Part shown: piece by piece, positions 51,201 through 62,666 of the stretch | How positions within the stretch are numbered: position 1 is the stretch's first letter | Layout: every line of letters starts with the position of its first letter | NCBI RefSeq assembly: GCF_964355755.1 | Contig: NC_092680.1 | Span: 1,674,001 to 1,738,000 of the forward strand | Length of the DNA stretch: 64,000 nucleotides | Reading direction: 5' to 3' | From: Antedon mediterranea | Lineage: Eukaryota; Animalia; Echinodermata | Position numbers and translations under genes: made by a program | The notes under the pieces: generated by a model | Databases searched by the model: none | What the model was told of the DNA's origin: nothing | What the model saw: only the letters and a program-made list of their open reading frames with translations

Positions 51201-52530
51201 ATACCTCTTTATTTTGTCGAGAACAGGCAATATCATTCTTCGGCTCACATACTTCAAAAGTCGTGTCATTTTGCTCCTAAAAGAAATTTACTCACTTCTA
51301 ACAATCACATACAAACAGAAATGCGATTGACTGGGGTAATAACGTGAAGCACTTTGTCCAATAAGCGCTATATAAGAACGAATATTATTATTTTTAATTG
51401 AAAGAGATTTATTTAAAGATGTACTGTAGTGTATTGTCCCCTGAAAAAATAATTAACATTTTTGTTGTTGAATATGCCATTTTAATGTCTACACAATAGT
51501 TATTCACTTTGAGCAAAAAATGAATCGAAAAAAAAATATATTTACCTGAAAAAACTGTGATTTAAAGCAAAAAATAATCAAATTGGCTGCCAGCCAATGA
51601 GTTTTTGGTTGAATTTAACTCTTTATATTGTCATTTTATAAGTGAAAACATTATTTTTTTCTATGGAAGTGATTATTAAAACTACAAAATAACCTAAAGT
51701 CTGATTTAATTAATCTTATTTTTGCTTTGTTTTGGGGGACATACATCTTTAAAACATTATTTTCTAAAATATGTACAATATGATTATATTTCATTATAAC
51801 ATAATGTACATCATTGTTTGTACTAGAACTAAGCAGACACTTACAATTTCTGAAGACTCTAAATTCCAGTCTGGAATAAAAATTGATTTCAGTACATCTT
51901 TGCCTCCAACAAATAATGTATTATCTATGTCAGCCAGTAGTTTGTACCGTGAAGCTTTGGACTCTTCAACAATGTTTAAATCATATTTGTCACCTGAAAT
52001 TAAAACAAATTTATTTTCCACAGTTTATATAGCACAGTTTCTATAGCATAGTAAATAATGTATTGATCCTCATTATACATTATTGAAGTGTTGGCAATTG
52101 TCCAAGTAATACAGTGTTTATTTAAAATATAGTAATTAATACTGAGAGGGTTATGTATCATTACTGGTCAGATGGGTTTGGAAAACATAACATTAGTTGT
52201 CTATTTTTTTTTTTTTTGTCTTGGAAACAACCCACCTTTATAATTTCCACTCTTTTTTTTTTCATTACTTCTTACAAATAATTTGACACCATTATAAGAA
52301 TGTGTTAAAATGGTAAAAGGTCTAAGATGAGGATTTTATAAAACTACAAAATGACCTATTCAATGTTTATTTTAAATTGATCTTTATTTTTATGTTTTGG
52401 AGGACAAAAACTATAATGTATACTTACTGCTTAATAATGTAATCTTTATCTCTTCACAATTGTTGATATGACATAACGCAATAATCAACAATAATAATAT
52501 TGCACATTTTATAAATCGCACTGAATCCAT
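42227..52530 (-). CDS. Semaphorin (signal peptide, Sema domain, PSI, probable Ig-like domain, short tail; no clear transmembrane helix)
   Basis: Exon 52530-52428 gives the signal peptide MDSVRFIKCAILLLLIIALC. Motifs LFVGGKD, CNNYIRV, FVCGSNALYPRC, TYFFFRE, YSRVGRIC, DDTGG, YIKARLDCS, FFFNEL, YAVFTTP, SAVCRFD and PSI C..NPYCEW. The last exon is uncertain; a TGA at 42227 is one option. Confidence 0.85.
42598..42750. repeat. ~51-bp tandem repeat x3
   Basis: ctaatatacgtggtgtcccgcaaactatatcaacatacccaggtgttataa repeated. Confidence 0.9.
45011..45695 (+). mobile_element. Non-autonomous Helentron/DINE-1-like element
   Basis: 5' TTACCTCCGCCAAGGAGGT, a (GTTT)n microsatellite, 3' subterminal inverted repeat GGCGGAGGT, terminal hairpin GCACTCTCGGAGTG and a CTAG-TT end. 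Confidence 0.7.
47578..47732. mobile_element. MITE, dominant family, complete
   Basis: TAA-AGCTCTG...CAGAGCT-TAA. Confidence 0.85.
47940..48326 (+). mobile_element. tRNA-derived SINE with a Deu/Nin-like central domain
   Basis: A-box-like head gagtgaccgagaggttaa. Core tcggataaggactataaaccgtaggtcc...ttaaagaac...ttcgagacgagtagg..gttaccc.ggtgt resembles the DeuSINE/AmnSINE domain from memory. (CATTA)n tail. Related pieces at 52810-52925 (-) and 57880-57985 (+). Confidence 0.65.
49584..49738. mobile_element. MITE, dominant family
   Basis: Both TIRs present; partial copies also at 44775-44829, 48680-48765, 50771-50885 and 57470-57530. Confidence 0.8.
51417..51748. mobile_element. TTAA-flanked MITE (Kolobok-like termini)
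   Basis: TTAA-AGATGTA..TGTCCCC ... GGGGAC.ATACATCT-TTAA; other ends at ~11597, 46828, 50205 and 50340. Confidence 0.65.
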
Positions 52531-53699
52531 AATGAAAGGTATCTTGGCAACTGTTCAGTTTCTGAAATTTAATTATTAAAACTGTATGTATTATGAAAAA
52601 TCAATGTCTGGTTTCCCAGAAAGTTATAAAATTAATGCAGTGAAAACAGCATCTTTAAACAGAATGAAGACAAAGTTTTTTTTTTAATTTGTCTTTAGGC
52701 AATGTGGCCAAGGATTACCAATAGTAAATTAATGACTGTCCTATCAGATAGGTGGTACTCCCCCTGATGCAGGGGCTATATTGTGAAACCGTTCACTGGG
52801 GAAACAGTTCACTGGGGTAACCCTCTACTTGTCTCGAATGATGAACTGGGTTCTTTAAAGTGCTGCACACAGGTTCTAACTGTGTACACTGGACATACGG
52901 TTTATAGTACTTATCCGAGAAAACCGAGATTGTTTAATACCTGTATTTTCTGTCAACTGGCATTGGACCAAATGAAAGATACTTGATTGTTCTGATGCCA
53001 GCAAAATTTACATGAAATGATGATGATAATTTGATCAAAAACAGTTGAAAGACTCCCAAAGAGAAAACAAACACAGAATTTCGGTTTTGTCCCAAATGTA
53101 GACAAATCTTTCTAATGATATTTTAAATTTAATTTGGTATGTTTGGGAAGAGTCAGTGGATAAAATAAAATTTCTTCTTTTACATTTTTTATTTAAAAAA
53201 AAAAGGAATGATCAAATATGTGGCTACAATACTATACTGTACAAACACAGTAAAACTCAAATCTTTTAATTTAAAAAGATGGGAATTTGCAGATAGACAA
53301 CAAGGAAATAAATGTACTATTATTATATTATACAGTACTAGTAGTTTCACTGTGCGTCTGAAAATCAACTAGGCTACTACTCTTACTGTGTAACTATGCT
53401 CTAGGCCCTACACTTACAGTAGGTCTGGTAGATAGGGCCTACTACTGTACTACTACTAGCCTAGCTAGGTTTACCCTTTTCCTACCTAGCACTAACCTTA
53501 CCTTACTAACCTACTACTAACAGTATAAACTACTCTAGTAGTAGTACAGTAGTAGTACTAGTAGTAGAGTAGGCCTAGTCTAGAGGCTAGGCTAGTTTAC
53601 ACCAATTTGCTTTCATTTCTATATAAATATATGTACCAATTTATAAACATTATTATTACTAATATATAAAGTACAAACACAAATATAATATATTAATCA

Positions 53700-53950
53700 T
53701 ACCTCTGTATTATGTTGTTAAACCTATAAATAAAATCTTAAAACGGCAGAAAAAACGGAAACTACATCATCGAAACCACCATACAACATACAAACAGCAG
53801 CAGAAGGAAAACAATTATTTATAAGTTAGCGCCCTCTCACATCCACAATGTTGCGGAAGCCTTTCAAATCGATCCCGGAAGTAAATTACAATAAAAACAA
53901 AAACCAGGGGAAACATTTCGAAGAAGAAGAAGAGAGAAGAACAGTAGGTG
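53700..53950. promoter_or_regulatory. Probable bidirectional promoter shared by the semaphorin and OSTF1
   Basis: Minus-strand donor GAG|gtatga at ~53702 and plus-strand donor |gtgagt at ~53948, with ETS-like CCGGAAGT (~53875) and AGCGCCCTCT (~53828) between them. Confidence 0.55.
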
Positions 53951-54374
53951 AGTACAAAGTATTTTCGTTTTTAAAGCAGCCCCAAGTAAGTAAATTCATT
54001 AGACAATATTGGCTAATATAATGTAACTAAACTTTACTGACTTGGAATTCACCATAAAATTTGTTGTTTTAAACTGCAATATAGCTAGGCCCCTGGCTCT
54101 GTATCTTCATGCATAGTAGGTAGGTTTAGTATTGTATTGTAATACTAATAGGTTCAGATAGGCGTCACCAAAGGAAGGTGACGAGGTCAACACCTAGGCA
54201 TAGCAAGGTGTTGGTGGCAGTAGCATATGACTAGTGACAGTTTTTATTCATGTCTGAAATAGCAAAAACTATTCTGTATTCTGATGGAAAAAGTAACATT
54301 TTAAATTGAATACAATTTATTTGAAAAATGTATTATGTATTATATTTCAGGTATAGAACAACATTACATACAGA

Positions 54375-57300
54375 ATGTCTCAACCAGCCAGGCCCGCTCC
54401 ACCAAAACCAACTCCAAAACCTGGTAGGTGAAACAAGAACTTTGTTTGGTTGTACAGATCATCAAATTATAAAAGCTACCCTGATACAATAATATAACAC
54501 CACATATCATTATTTTTCAGGTCAAGTTAAAGTTTTTAGAGCTCTTTATGCATATGAAGCGCAATTCGTAAGTTAATCCTTCAGTTAATCTTTCCAATTA
54601 ATTAATTTTCATCTTTTGTATTTAAACATTACGACTGCTAATGTTTGAATGGCTGTCATTTATGAGGGAGGTATCCACTTACACTACAAAGGTTACATCA
54701 TTGTTATGAACCATTTTAAGATAATGCAGGACAACCCCTCTTTTTTAACATACCCCCAGGAGACACTTTCTCATGTAAACAAAGGGACAATGTGTTTTAA
54801 CACTACTAGATCCAACCCCTATTCAACAAAGGAATACTTTGGCTAACAAGAGTGTCCCCTCTTAATTGGGGTTCTGATGTACTGTATGTATTTTATTTAC
54901 ATAAATAATTTATTAATTAATTATTGTAACTTCTTTTTAGAATGATGAATTGTCATTTGATGAGGGTGACATTCTATATATCTTAGATATGGTAGGTAAA
55001 ATTGTCACTTTGTCATTTAAATTAAATTTGATTTGATATCTACAGTGTATTACTGTATAATAAACGTGTTAAACCATTACTCTATTCCTTCCTAAAACAC
55101 TCAATGTTTGTCCATGGGAACGTTTTAAACTCCCCAAACGCATATATTTGTATATTAATTATTGCATTTCATTAAAAATACATACAGAGTACTGTATTAA
55201 GGCCCATTTACACTAGGACGGTAATGAACTACTATATATAGATCAATATACATCAAAAGTAGAACTATAGGATAACATAATCTATTCTGCCTTTGGTCAT
55301 ATTTGTATGAATATCTAGGTAGAAAACAAACGCATATATTTGTATATTAATTATTAGTTATTTATGCGCAAGAATAAGACGAACAGCAATGTAATCTTTT
55401 CACATGACACAATATCCTAACAACGTATTAAAAAGGTTCATACAGTCACTTCCAATGTTAAATAAAAATTAACATTTAATTGCCTGGATATATTTCAGTT
55501 AATGGTTTCATTTTATATTTTGAATGTTTTAAATATTTCTAGTCCTATAAATGTTATTATTGTATACACTGTCACATTTAATTTCTATCTATTGATTCTA
55601 TAGAGCAATGACAGTTGGTGGAAGGCAAGGAGTGGCAAGAAAACTGGACTAATCCCTAGTAATTATGGTAAGTACACTATATGCACTCAGTAACTGCAGT
55701 ATACTCATTTTAACATCGTTCCTAAATCAATTTATGTTTTTTAAACCAATCATTTTGAAATTAGTTTCTACTTGAACAAGTTTCGATAATTATGGTTTGC
55801 AGTGAAGAAATAAACAAAAGTATTGTAGCCTGAAAAGAAATTATACAAAAAAAAAGAAATATTGTAACCTAAAAAGAAATTTAAATAAAAGGTATTATGA
55901 CATAAAGGAATAAATTCCCAAAAAAATACCTTCATTAAATTAAATAAAGAAAAGCATAGAAAGCCACATAAACACAATAAACATCCTGGTGGTCATAGGA
56001 AATCATGCAAACAAATCATGAATTCCACAAAGCTTTCCTTTTGTCCCTTTATAAGTCTTTGTAAACAAATTTATTGCATCACTTTGTTTCACATTATAAA
56101 GTACTTAGTTTAGTTTGTTTCATAATATGATTATGGATCTATTAATTTATAGGTCTATGAGATGATTTACTCTGTATTTGCATTTCATAAGAGTACTGTA
56201 TTCAGGCCCATTTACCCTAGGACGATAACGATCGGCATTATATCTTTCCTACATAAAACAAAAGAAATCTAAAAATAACCATTTATGCTGTGTTTGATAA
56301 AAATAATGTTCTCATATGTCTAATCAAATGATTTTCTTCATTTACAGGATCCTCAATAATGTCTTAATTATTTTTAATGTATATTATTTAATTTTGCCAT
56401 TATTAAAATTAATTAATGTTCTTGAAATGAAAATGAAATACTTAATGAAATGATGTTAATATTATTTTTATCAAAGACAGCATAAATGGTTTATACTATG
56501 GTTCTAGAATAAAATATTTTCAAATTTCTTTTGTTTTATGTAATAAAAATGTATGTTTTAGGTGAATAAGTTTCTTGTTGAAATTTAAAACAAAAGGTTT
56601 AACTTTTAATCCCAGGGGCCATACATATGCGTATGCATATCTAGATATGTGTATGAATATCTAGATAGGAATCACATTGTATTTTCATAGTATATTATTG
56701 ATAGCTATTAACATAACATTTTTATTTTCCAGTGGAAATGAGTATGGAATCCGTTTCTAACCCACTTCATGAGGCTGCCAAGCGGGGGAACCTAGATTTT
56801 TTGCAGGAATGTCTTTCAAATGAAGTAAGTTATACTAGGGTTTACGCTGGGAGGCAGCTCCGCTCGGCACTGACTAATGTGTTTACGCTGGGAGGCACCT
56901 AGGCAGCTCCGCCCGGCATAGAAAAATATCCATGCAGGACTAATATTAATACTCAAAAAATTTTTTCTCTAACTTAAATGTTTTTAAATTTAAGTTGTAG
57001 TCCAAAACATGAGTTAAACTTATTAAAATACAAGTACATGCTACAGTTTTTATTATTACCTGTATTATATTTGTAGGTATCTGTTAATGGTCTTGACAAG
57101 TCAGGGTCAACGGCCTTACATTGGGCTGCAGCTGGAGGTCATATTGACTGTATGAAGGTTCTTCTCTCCAAAGCTAATATTTCAGTCAATGTACCTGTGA
57201 GTATAATTATACAAAAATTAATATTTAACACAAATGTTCTGCTCTGGATAAGTGCTGAAAATAAGAAAATAAACTTAAGCTCTGTTTTTACTATCAAATA

Positions 57301-58184
57301 CTATGTGACAAAAAAGTGCAATGGCATATCACTACCATATTTAGGCATATCACAAACTAGTTTGATAGTGTAGACAGGGCTTAAGAGTGTCAATGTTTCA
57401 CTTCTGAGGTCATCATATCCTTACATAAGCAAGACAAAATAAAACAATACTAAAGTATAAACAGTTTGATGATCATCATATCGCTACCATATTTGGCACA
57501 TCACCTTTTTTGTCACACTTGTTTGATAGTGACAAAATAAAACATAATAGTTAATATTCTATTAATACAAAGATGAAATACAATTTAATTTCAGAACAAA
57601 TTAGGCGACACACCTCTTCACTCTGCTGCCTGGAAAGGATTCCCAGAAGCTGTTAAACTATTATTATCAAAGAGTGCACGTTCAAATATTAAAAACAAAG
57701 ATGGAAAACTTGCGTATGATCTTGCTTCCAAACCAGAAGTAGCAGTTCTTGTACAACCTGTTTCAACAAGTAAGTGTATTTTGTATTAAATAATAACAAT
57801 AATATCAGAAATAACATTCCTGATATGACAAGCTATGCATTCTCCTATTTTATAATTGTTGAATGTGGTTGAAATTGAAATTCGTCCTTTGGATGTGTCA
57901 TAAAGCCGTTGGTTTCATATACATAGTGCACATTAAAGAACTTGGTACACTATTCACAAAGAGTAGGGGATCGTCTCCCGGTTTGTTGTTGGTAGGCGCT
58001 GCACCGCTGGGTGCCGTGGAGTCCATGGAGGGCCAGTAGTCCGAATTTCTTCAGTTTCTTAGTTAAGCTTGAGGACAAATTAAATACATTATGCCTTAAA
58101 TAGAAAAACAAAAATGTATTATTATTTTTTTTTTACACAGATAACGAGGACGATGAATACCTCTCAGACGGAGACTCCGACTAA
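54375..58184 (+). CDS. OSTF1: Osteoclast-stimulating factor 1 (Pro-rich N-terminus, SH3, ankyrin repeats, acidic tail), 8 coding exons
   Basis: [71 protein letters not shown]-..[12 protein letters not shown]..[18 protein letters not shown]..[15 protein letters not shown]..[14 protein letters not shown]; junctions in phase. Confidence 0.95.
57278..57381. mobile_element. MITE, dominant family, internally deleted
   Basis: Both TIRs recognisable. Confidence 0.7.
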
Positions 58185-58323
58185 ACAAATACACTGAAAA
58201 TTCTATTTTTGTAAAAAGAAACTTAGGAAGGAATTAGGTATACATTTATATGCACACTCCTAGATTAAGACCAAGTTTTAATTGAATTTTACTTGTTATC
58301 GTTGCAATGCACTCAATGATTAA

Positions 58324-58463
58324 AGCTCTATCTACACTATCAAACTTTATGTGACAAAAAAATGTGATGTGCCAATAATATGGACATGATGATGTCATAT
58401 CACTACAATATTTGGACACATCACACTTTTTTGTCAAACTAGTTTGATAGTGTAGACAGATCT
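58324..58463. mobile_element. MITE, dominant family, probably within the OSTF1 3' UTR
   Basis: TAA-AGCTCTATCTACAC...GTGTAGACAGATCT-TAA, 140 bp after the stop codon. Confidence 0.8.
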
Positions 58464-59542
58464 TAATATTTAGTTTTCTTATTTTGCAATACATGAACCA
58501 ACATCCATACTAAGCAAGGGGTTATCATAACTATGGTTTAGTTAACAAATAATGGAAACTTCATTGTTTATTTTGTCACACGTGAGTACTTTCCAAGACA
58601 GGTCAGACATTCACGGAAACAAACGAGTGTGTATGGATTGTGAAATGAGAAAATAACAGGAAACATGTGTTTGTACATAAAGTTGTTGTATCTAATTTTA
58701 TACATAATGATTGTGTATATTTTATTTAAAAACAATGTATAAAACTTTACCCAGATTTTCATAAGCATGTAGATTGCGCTGATGACTATAGCTGCATTAT
58801 TATGGGAGTATGTTTTCATACATGTTTGATCCAAAAAATGACCGGGGTACTAATGTGCAGCGCATTGAGAGCTTGCTTATAAGCGCTATATAAAAATAAA
58901 ATATTGTATATTCTCAAATAAGTGAGAAGATAGTTACCTTGGAATATAAACATTGTCTGTTTTTAGATCAACAATATGAATAATACAATACATCCTAGCT
59001 TAACTTAGGACGGATTTCGAAGAAAGGTGAGTCAATCACACGCTAAGGACCCTAATATGAAGTGTTATTACTATCCAGGGTGTACGTGCTTTGTTGTTTG
59101 ATATAGTCATTTTTTTAGGCAGTGAACCTCTTATACAGTACAATGTACACCTCAGTCTGAAACATGGAGGGTGTGGTCTCCATCAATTTCCACATCTCAA
59201 GAGGACAGTAATATTTTACAATCTGATATCTAATAGACGTCGTTAATCAATGATTAATTTTTATCTCATGGCTTTCAAAGGTTTTTAGTATTACAGTATT
59301 TTATTTTTTTAAATATGTATTTTTATTTTTGTATATACTATAGGTTTTTTTAAAATGTAATTTAGTTTAGATTGTAATAATTTTAATCATAGCCTTAAGT
59401 TTACGTCGATCCAAGGGGATAGATGTTGTTAAGGATAATCCCTCCTCGCCCAAATCCAATAATCTGGTTTTATTATAATAATTTCAATTAACTTTTAACA
59501 CATTTTATTCTATTCTGAATGTTATCAATACAGCAGTATGTA

Positions 59543-59705
59543 CAATCAACTCTCCCAATACTGGACACCTTTAAACTGGCCTAATATAACTGATTTTTTT
59601 AATTTGTTTAATGGTAAAAAGGAATTTAGGAAAGAAAAGTCTGTTTTACTATTAGGGAGAATTTCCGGTTTTTAGAGAGTAGTCCGATATTGGGAGCGTT
59701 GACTG
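59543..59705. mobile_element. TA-flanked MITE (Tc1/pogo-like)
   Basis: TA-CAATCAACTCTCCCAATACTGGAC ... GTCCGATATTGGGAGCGTTGACTG-TA. Confidence 0.65.
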
Positions 59706-60697
59706 TATACATATTTTTATACCTATTCCCCAATGTGAACTTGTTAATTACTCGTTTAGAATTATTGCATTCAACTAAACCGATTAAATATCTTACTGTA
59801 ATTCAAGTGGGCATAGCGTGGTTTTTGTAGGGAAGGTATAGATAAAGAGTTGCAGCTGTGCGGAAACAACAACAATTCAATGTTAATGTGCATTTTATTA
59901 TTTAATAGAAGTTTGCCATCATGTAATAAAAGGTGCAATGCAAGTATTGCATTTACAGGGTCAGTAGGCCTACAAGACATAGACACAATGCAAGCAAGTT
60001 GACCAATCACAAGCGACAGTTTAGATGATCCATAGCTTGTGATTGGTCAAAGCGCTTGCATTGTGTCTCTTAGTAATAACCAAGCATTAGTAGTTTTATA
60101 ATTTGCAAGGGATTTTTGCATCTCGAGCCAAAGGGTATTGGTGGACAAGCTTACGTTTGCTTCTTGCATAATTATTTTCTTAAATTTATGTTTTAAATCA
60201 ATCTTCTACTATAGAACATTTTAATCTGTTTTTTTTTATTTTTGTTTACTTAAACATATCCTTTTCAATATTAATGTGTGAAAGGAAGATTGGAAATTTA
60301 AAAAGTTTATTTTTTTTATGTGTTTAGTTTCGTACCCAAACCATTATATAACTTATTGAATCAAAATCATTGGTACATATAACTTTTATCAATCTAGGGA
60401 GTCAAAAATTATGACCAATCAGATTAGTGTTTTTAAATTCTGGTTTGTAGTTGGTTAAATGCTTACAAAAATGTGCTTGTGTTAAATATAATACATTTTG
60501 CCAGCTAAAGATTAGGTGAATGACTGTGTGTGTGTTCTCTGGTTCCAAATGGAACTCATGTTTTAGTATGAATTAACTATGAAAATGAAATAAATTAAAA
60601 ACTTTTCCAACGTATTATCAATAATAATAGATCATTCTGTAATTTCATTATAAGAAACACCACATTTATAATATTTGTAAATTTATTAAAATAACTA

Positions 60698-60810
60698 ATA
60701 AATAGGCAAACTGCCTTAAAATGTCTTGACATGTTTCGAGAAACTATTCTCATCATTAGAACATCTCGAAACATGTCAAGACATTTTAAGGTTTAAGTTT
60801 GCTTATTTAT
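60698..60810. repeat. Long palindrome/hairpin
   Basis: Perfect 28-bp arms ccttaaaatgtcttgacatgtttcgaga / tctcgaaacatgtcaagacattttaagg around a 22-nt loop, plus an outer 15-bp stem. Confidence 0.9.
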
Positions 60811-61319
60811 CAAATGCCTCACAATCGTTATTTTAACTTGAAAGTTTTCTGGAATCATTCATGATTTATGTAAATGTATTATATTATACAATTGAGATCA
60901 TCATTAGTCTGGCTTCCATATTGGAAACACGCAAGCCTCGCTACCACGTCAAGGTTGATGATCACAGCGAGGACTTACCTGTGGTTGGTTCCATGTCAAA
61001 AACTGTATCTTCCTGTTTTTTCTGCATCCACTATCCAGGTACCACACATGTATATCTGTTAGACGGGCTGGTCCGGATATAATCTGCTATGCCACCTACT
61101 ATGAAGTATCCTATAAATGTTGAAACCTGCTTAAGAAAAACTATAGTCACCAGTAGGGAAAACTTACAATATCAATGTTATCTTTCACATTTCCCCCAAA
61201 AAATAACCTAATATAAAATGCATTAAAACTAAACCTGTATATTCTTAGCAACACACACAACCTGAATACCAAGATATAATGCCACCTTACACATTATATA
61301 GAATATTTACTAAAAAAAA

Positions 61320-62390
61320 CTGATTTAAGTGCATTTCAACTTAAACCTGTAGATTCTTAGCTACACACAACCTGCAGTGAATATTTTTTATACCAAGATA
61401 ATGAATTTACTAAAATAACCTGATTTGAAGTGCATTTCAACTTAAACCTGTAGATTCTTAGCTACACACAACCTGCAGTGAAAATTTTTTATACCAAGAT
61501 AATGAATTTACTAAAATAACCTGATTTGAAGTGCATTTCAACTTAAACCTGTAGATTCTAGCCTACACACAACCTGCAGTGAACATTTTTTATATATCAA
61601 GATAATGAATTTACTAAAAATAACCTGATTTGAAGTGCATTACAACTTAAACCTGTAGATTCTTAGCTACACAAACCTGCAGTGAACATTTTTTATACCA
61701 AGATAATAAATTTAATAAAAATAACCTGATTTGAAGTGCATTTCAACTTAAACCTGTAGATTCTAGCCTACACACAACCTGCAGTGAACATTTTTTATAT
61801 ATCAAGATAATGAATTTACTAAAAATAACCTGATTTGAAGTGCATTACAACTTAAACCTGTAGATTCTTAGCTACACAAACCTGCAGTGAACATTTTTTA
61901 TACCAAGATAATAAATTTAATAAAAATAACCTGATTTGAAGTGCATTTCAACTTAAACCTGTAGATTCTTAGCTACACAAACCTGCAGTGAACATTTTTT
62001 ATACCAAGATAATAAATTTAATAAAAATAACCTGATTTGAAGTGCATTTCAACTTAAACCTGTAGATTCTTAGCTACACACAACCTGCAGTGAACATTTT
62101 TTATACCAAGATAATGAATTTACTAAAAATAACCTGATTTGAAGTGCATTGCAACTTAAACCTGTAGATTCTTAGCTACACACAACCTGCAGTGAACATT
62201 TATTATACCAAGATAATGAATTTACTAAAAATAACCTGATTTGAAGTGCATTTCAACTTAAACCTGTAGATTATTAGCTACAACACAACCTGCAGTGAAC
62301 ATTTATTATACCAAGATAATGAATTTAATAAAAATAACCTGATTTGAAGTGCATTAAAACTTAAACCTCTACGTTCTTAGCTACACTTAA
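61320..62390. repeat. ~100-104-bp satellite, ~11 copies, with degenerate flanking copies at ~61230 and ~62510
   Basis: acttaaacctgtagattcttagctacacacaacctgcagtgaacattttttataccaagataatgaatttactaaaataacctgatttgaagtgcatttca repeated. Confidence 0.95.
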
Positions 62391-62666
62391 TACACTATAC
62401 CTTAACAACAAACATACCTGCAGGAAAAGCTTACAATACCAAGATATAATGCCACCTTACACATTATATATACTAATTTACAAAATTTAAATTATTTGAA
62501 ATGCACTGAAACTTAAACCTTTACATTTTTACACACATACCTGCAGAGGAAACGCAAACAAAATATATCTGTGTTTAGATTTGTATCTGTACAGTAGGTG
62601 CATATAATCTATCTGAAATGAGTAATGGTAAAAGAACAATGATTATGTACAGGTGGTGTTGTATGC

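Noticed and set aside
60931-60978. Hairpin with GTGA..AA as a possible SECIS element
   Set aside because: Helix II is too short, the 3' GA of the quartet is missing and no selenoprotein ORF is evident
61010-61055. VWYLDSGC on the minus strand, resembling the Copia protease motif
   Set aside because: An isolated 8-residue match with no following HM motif, integrase, RT or LTRs
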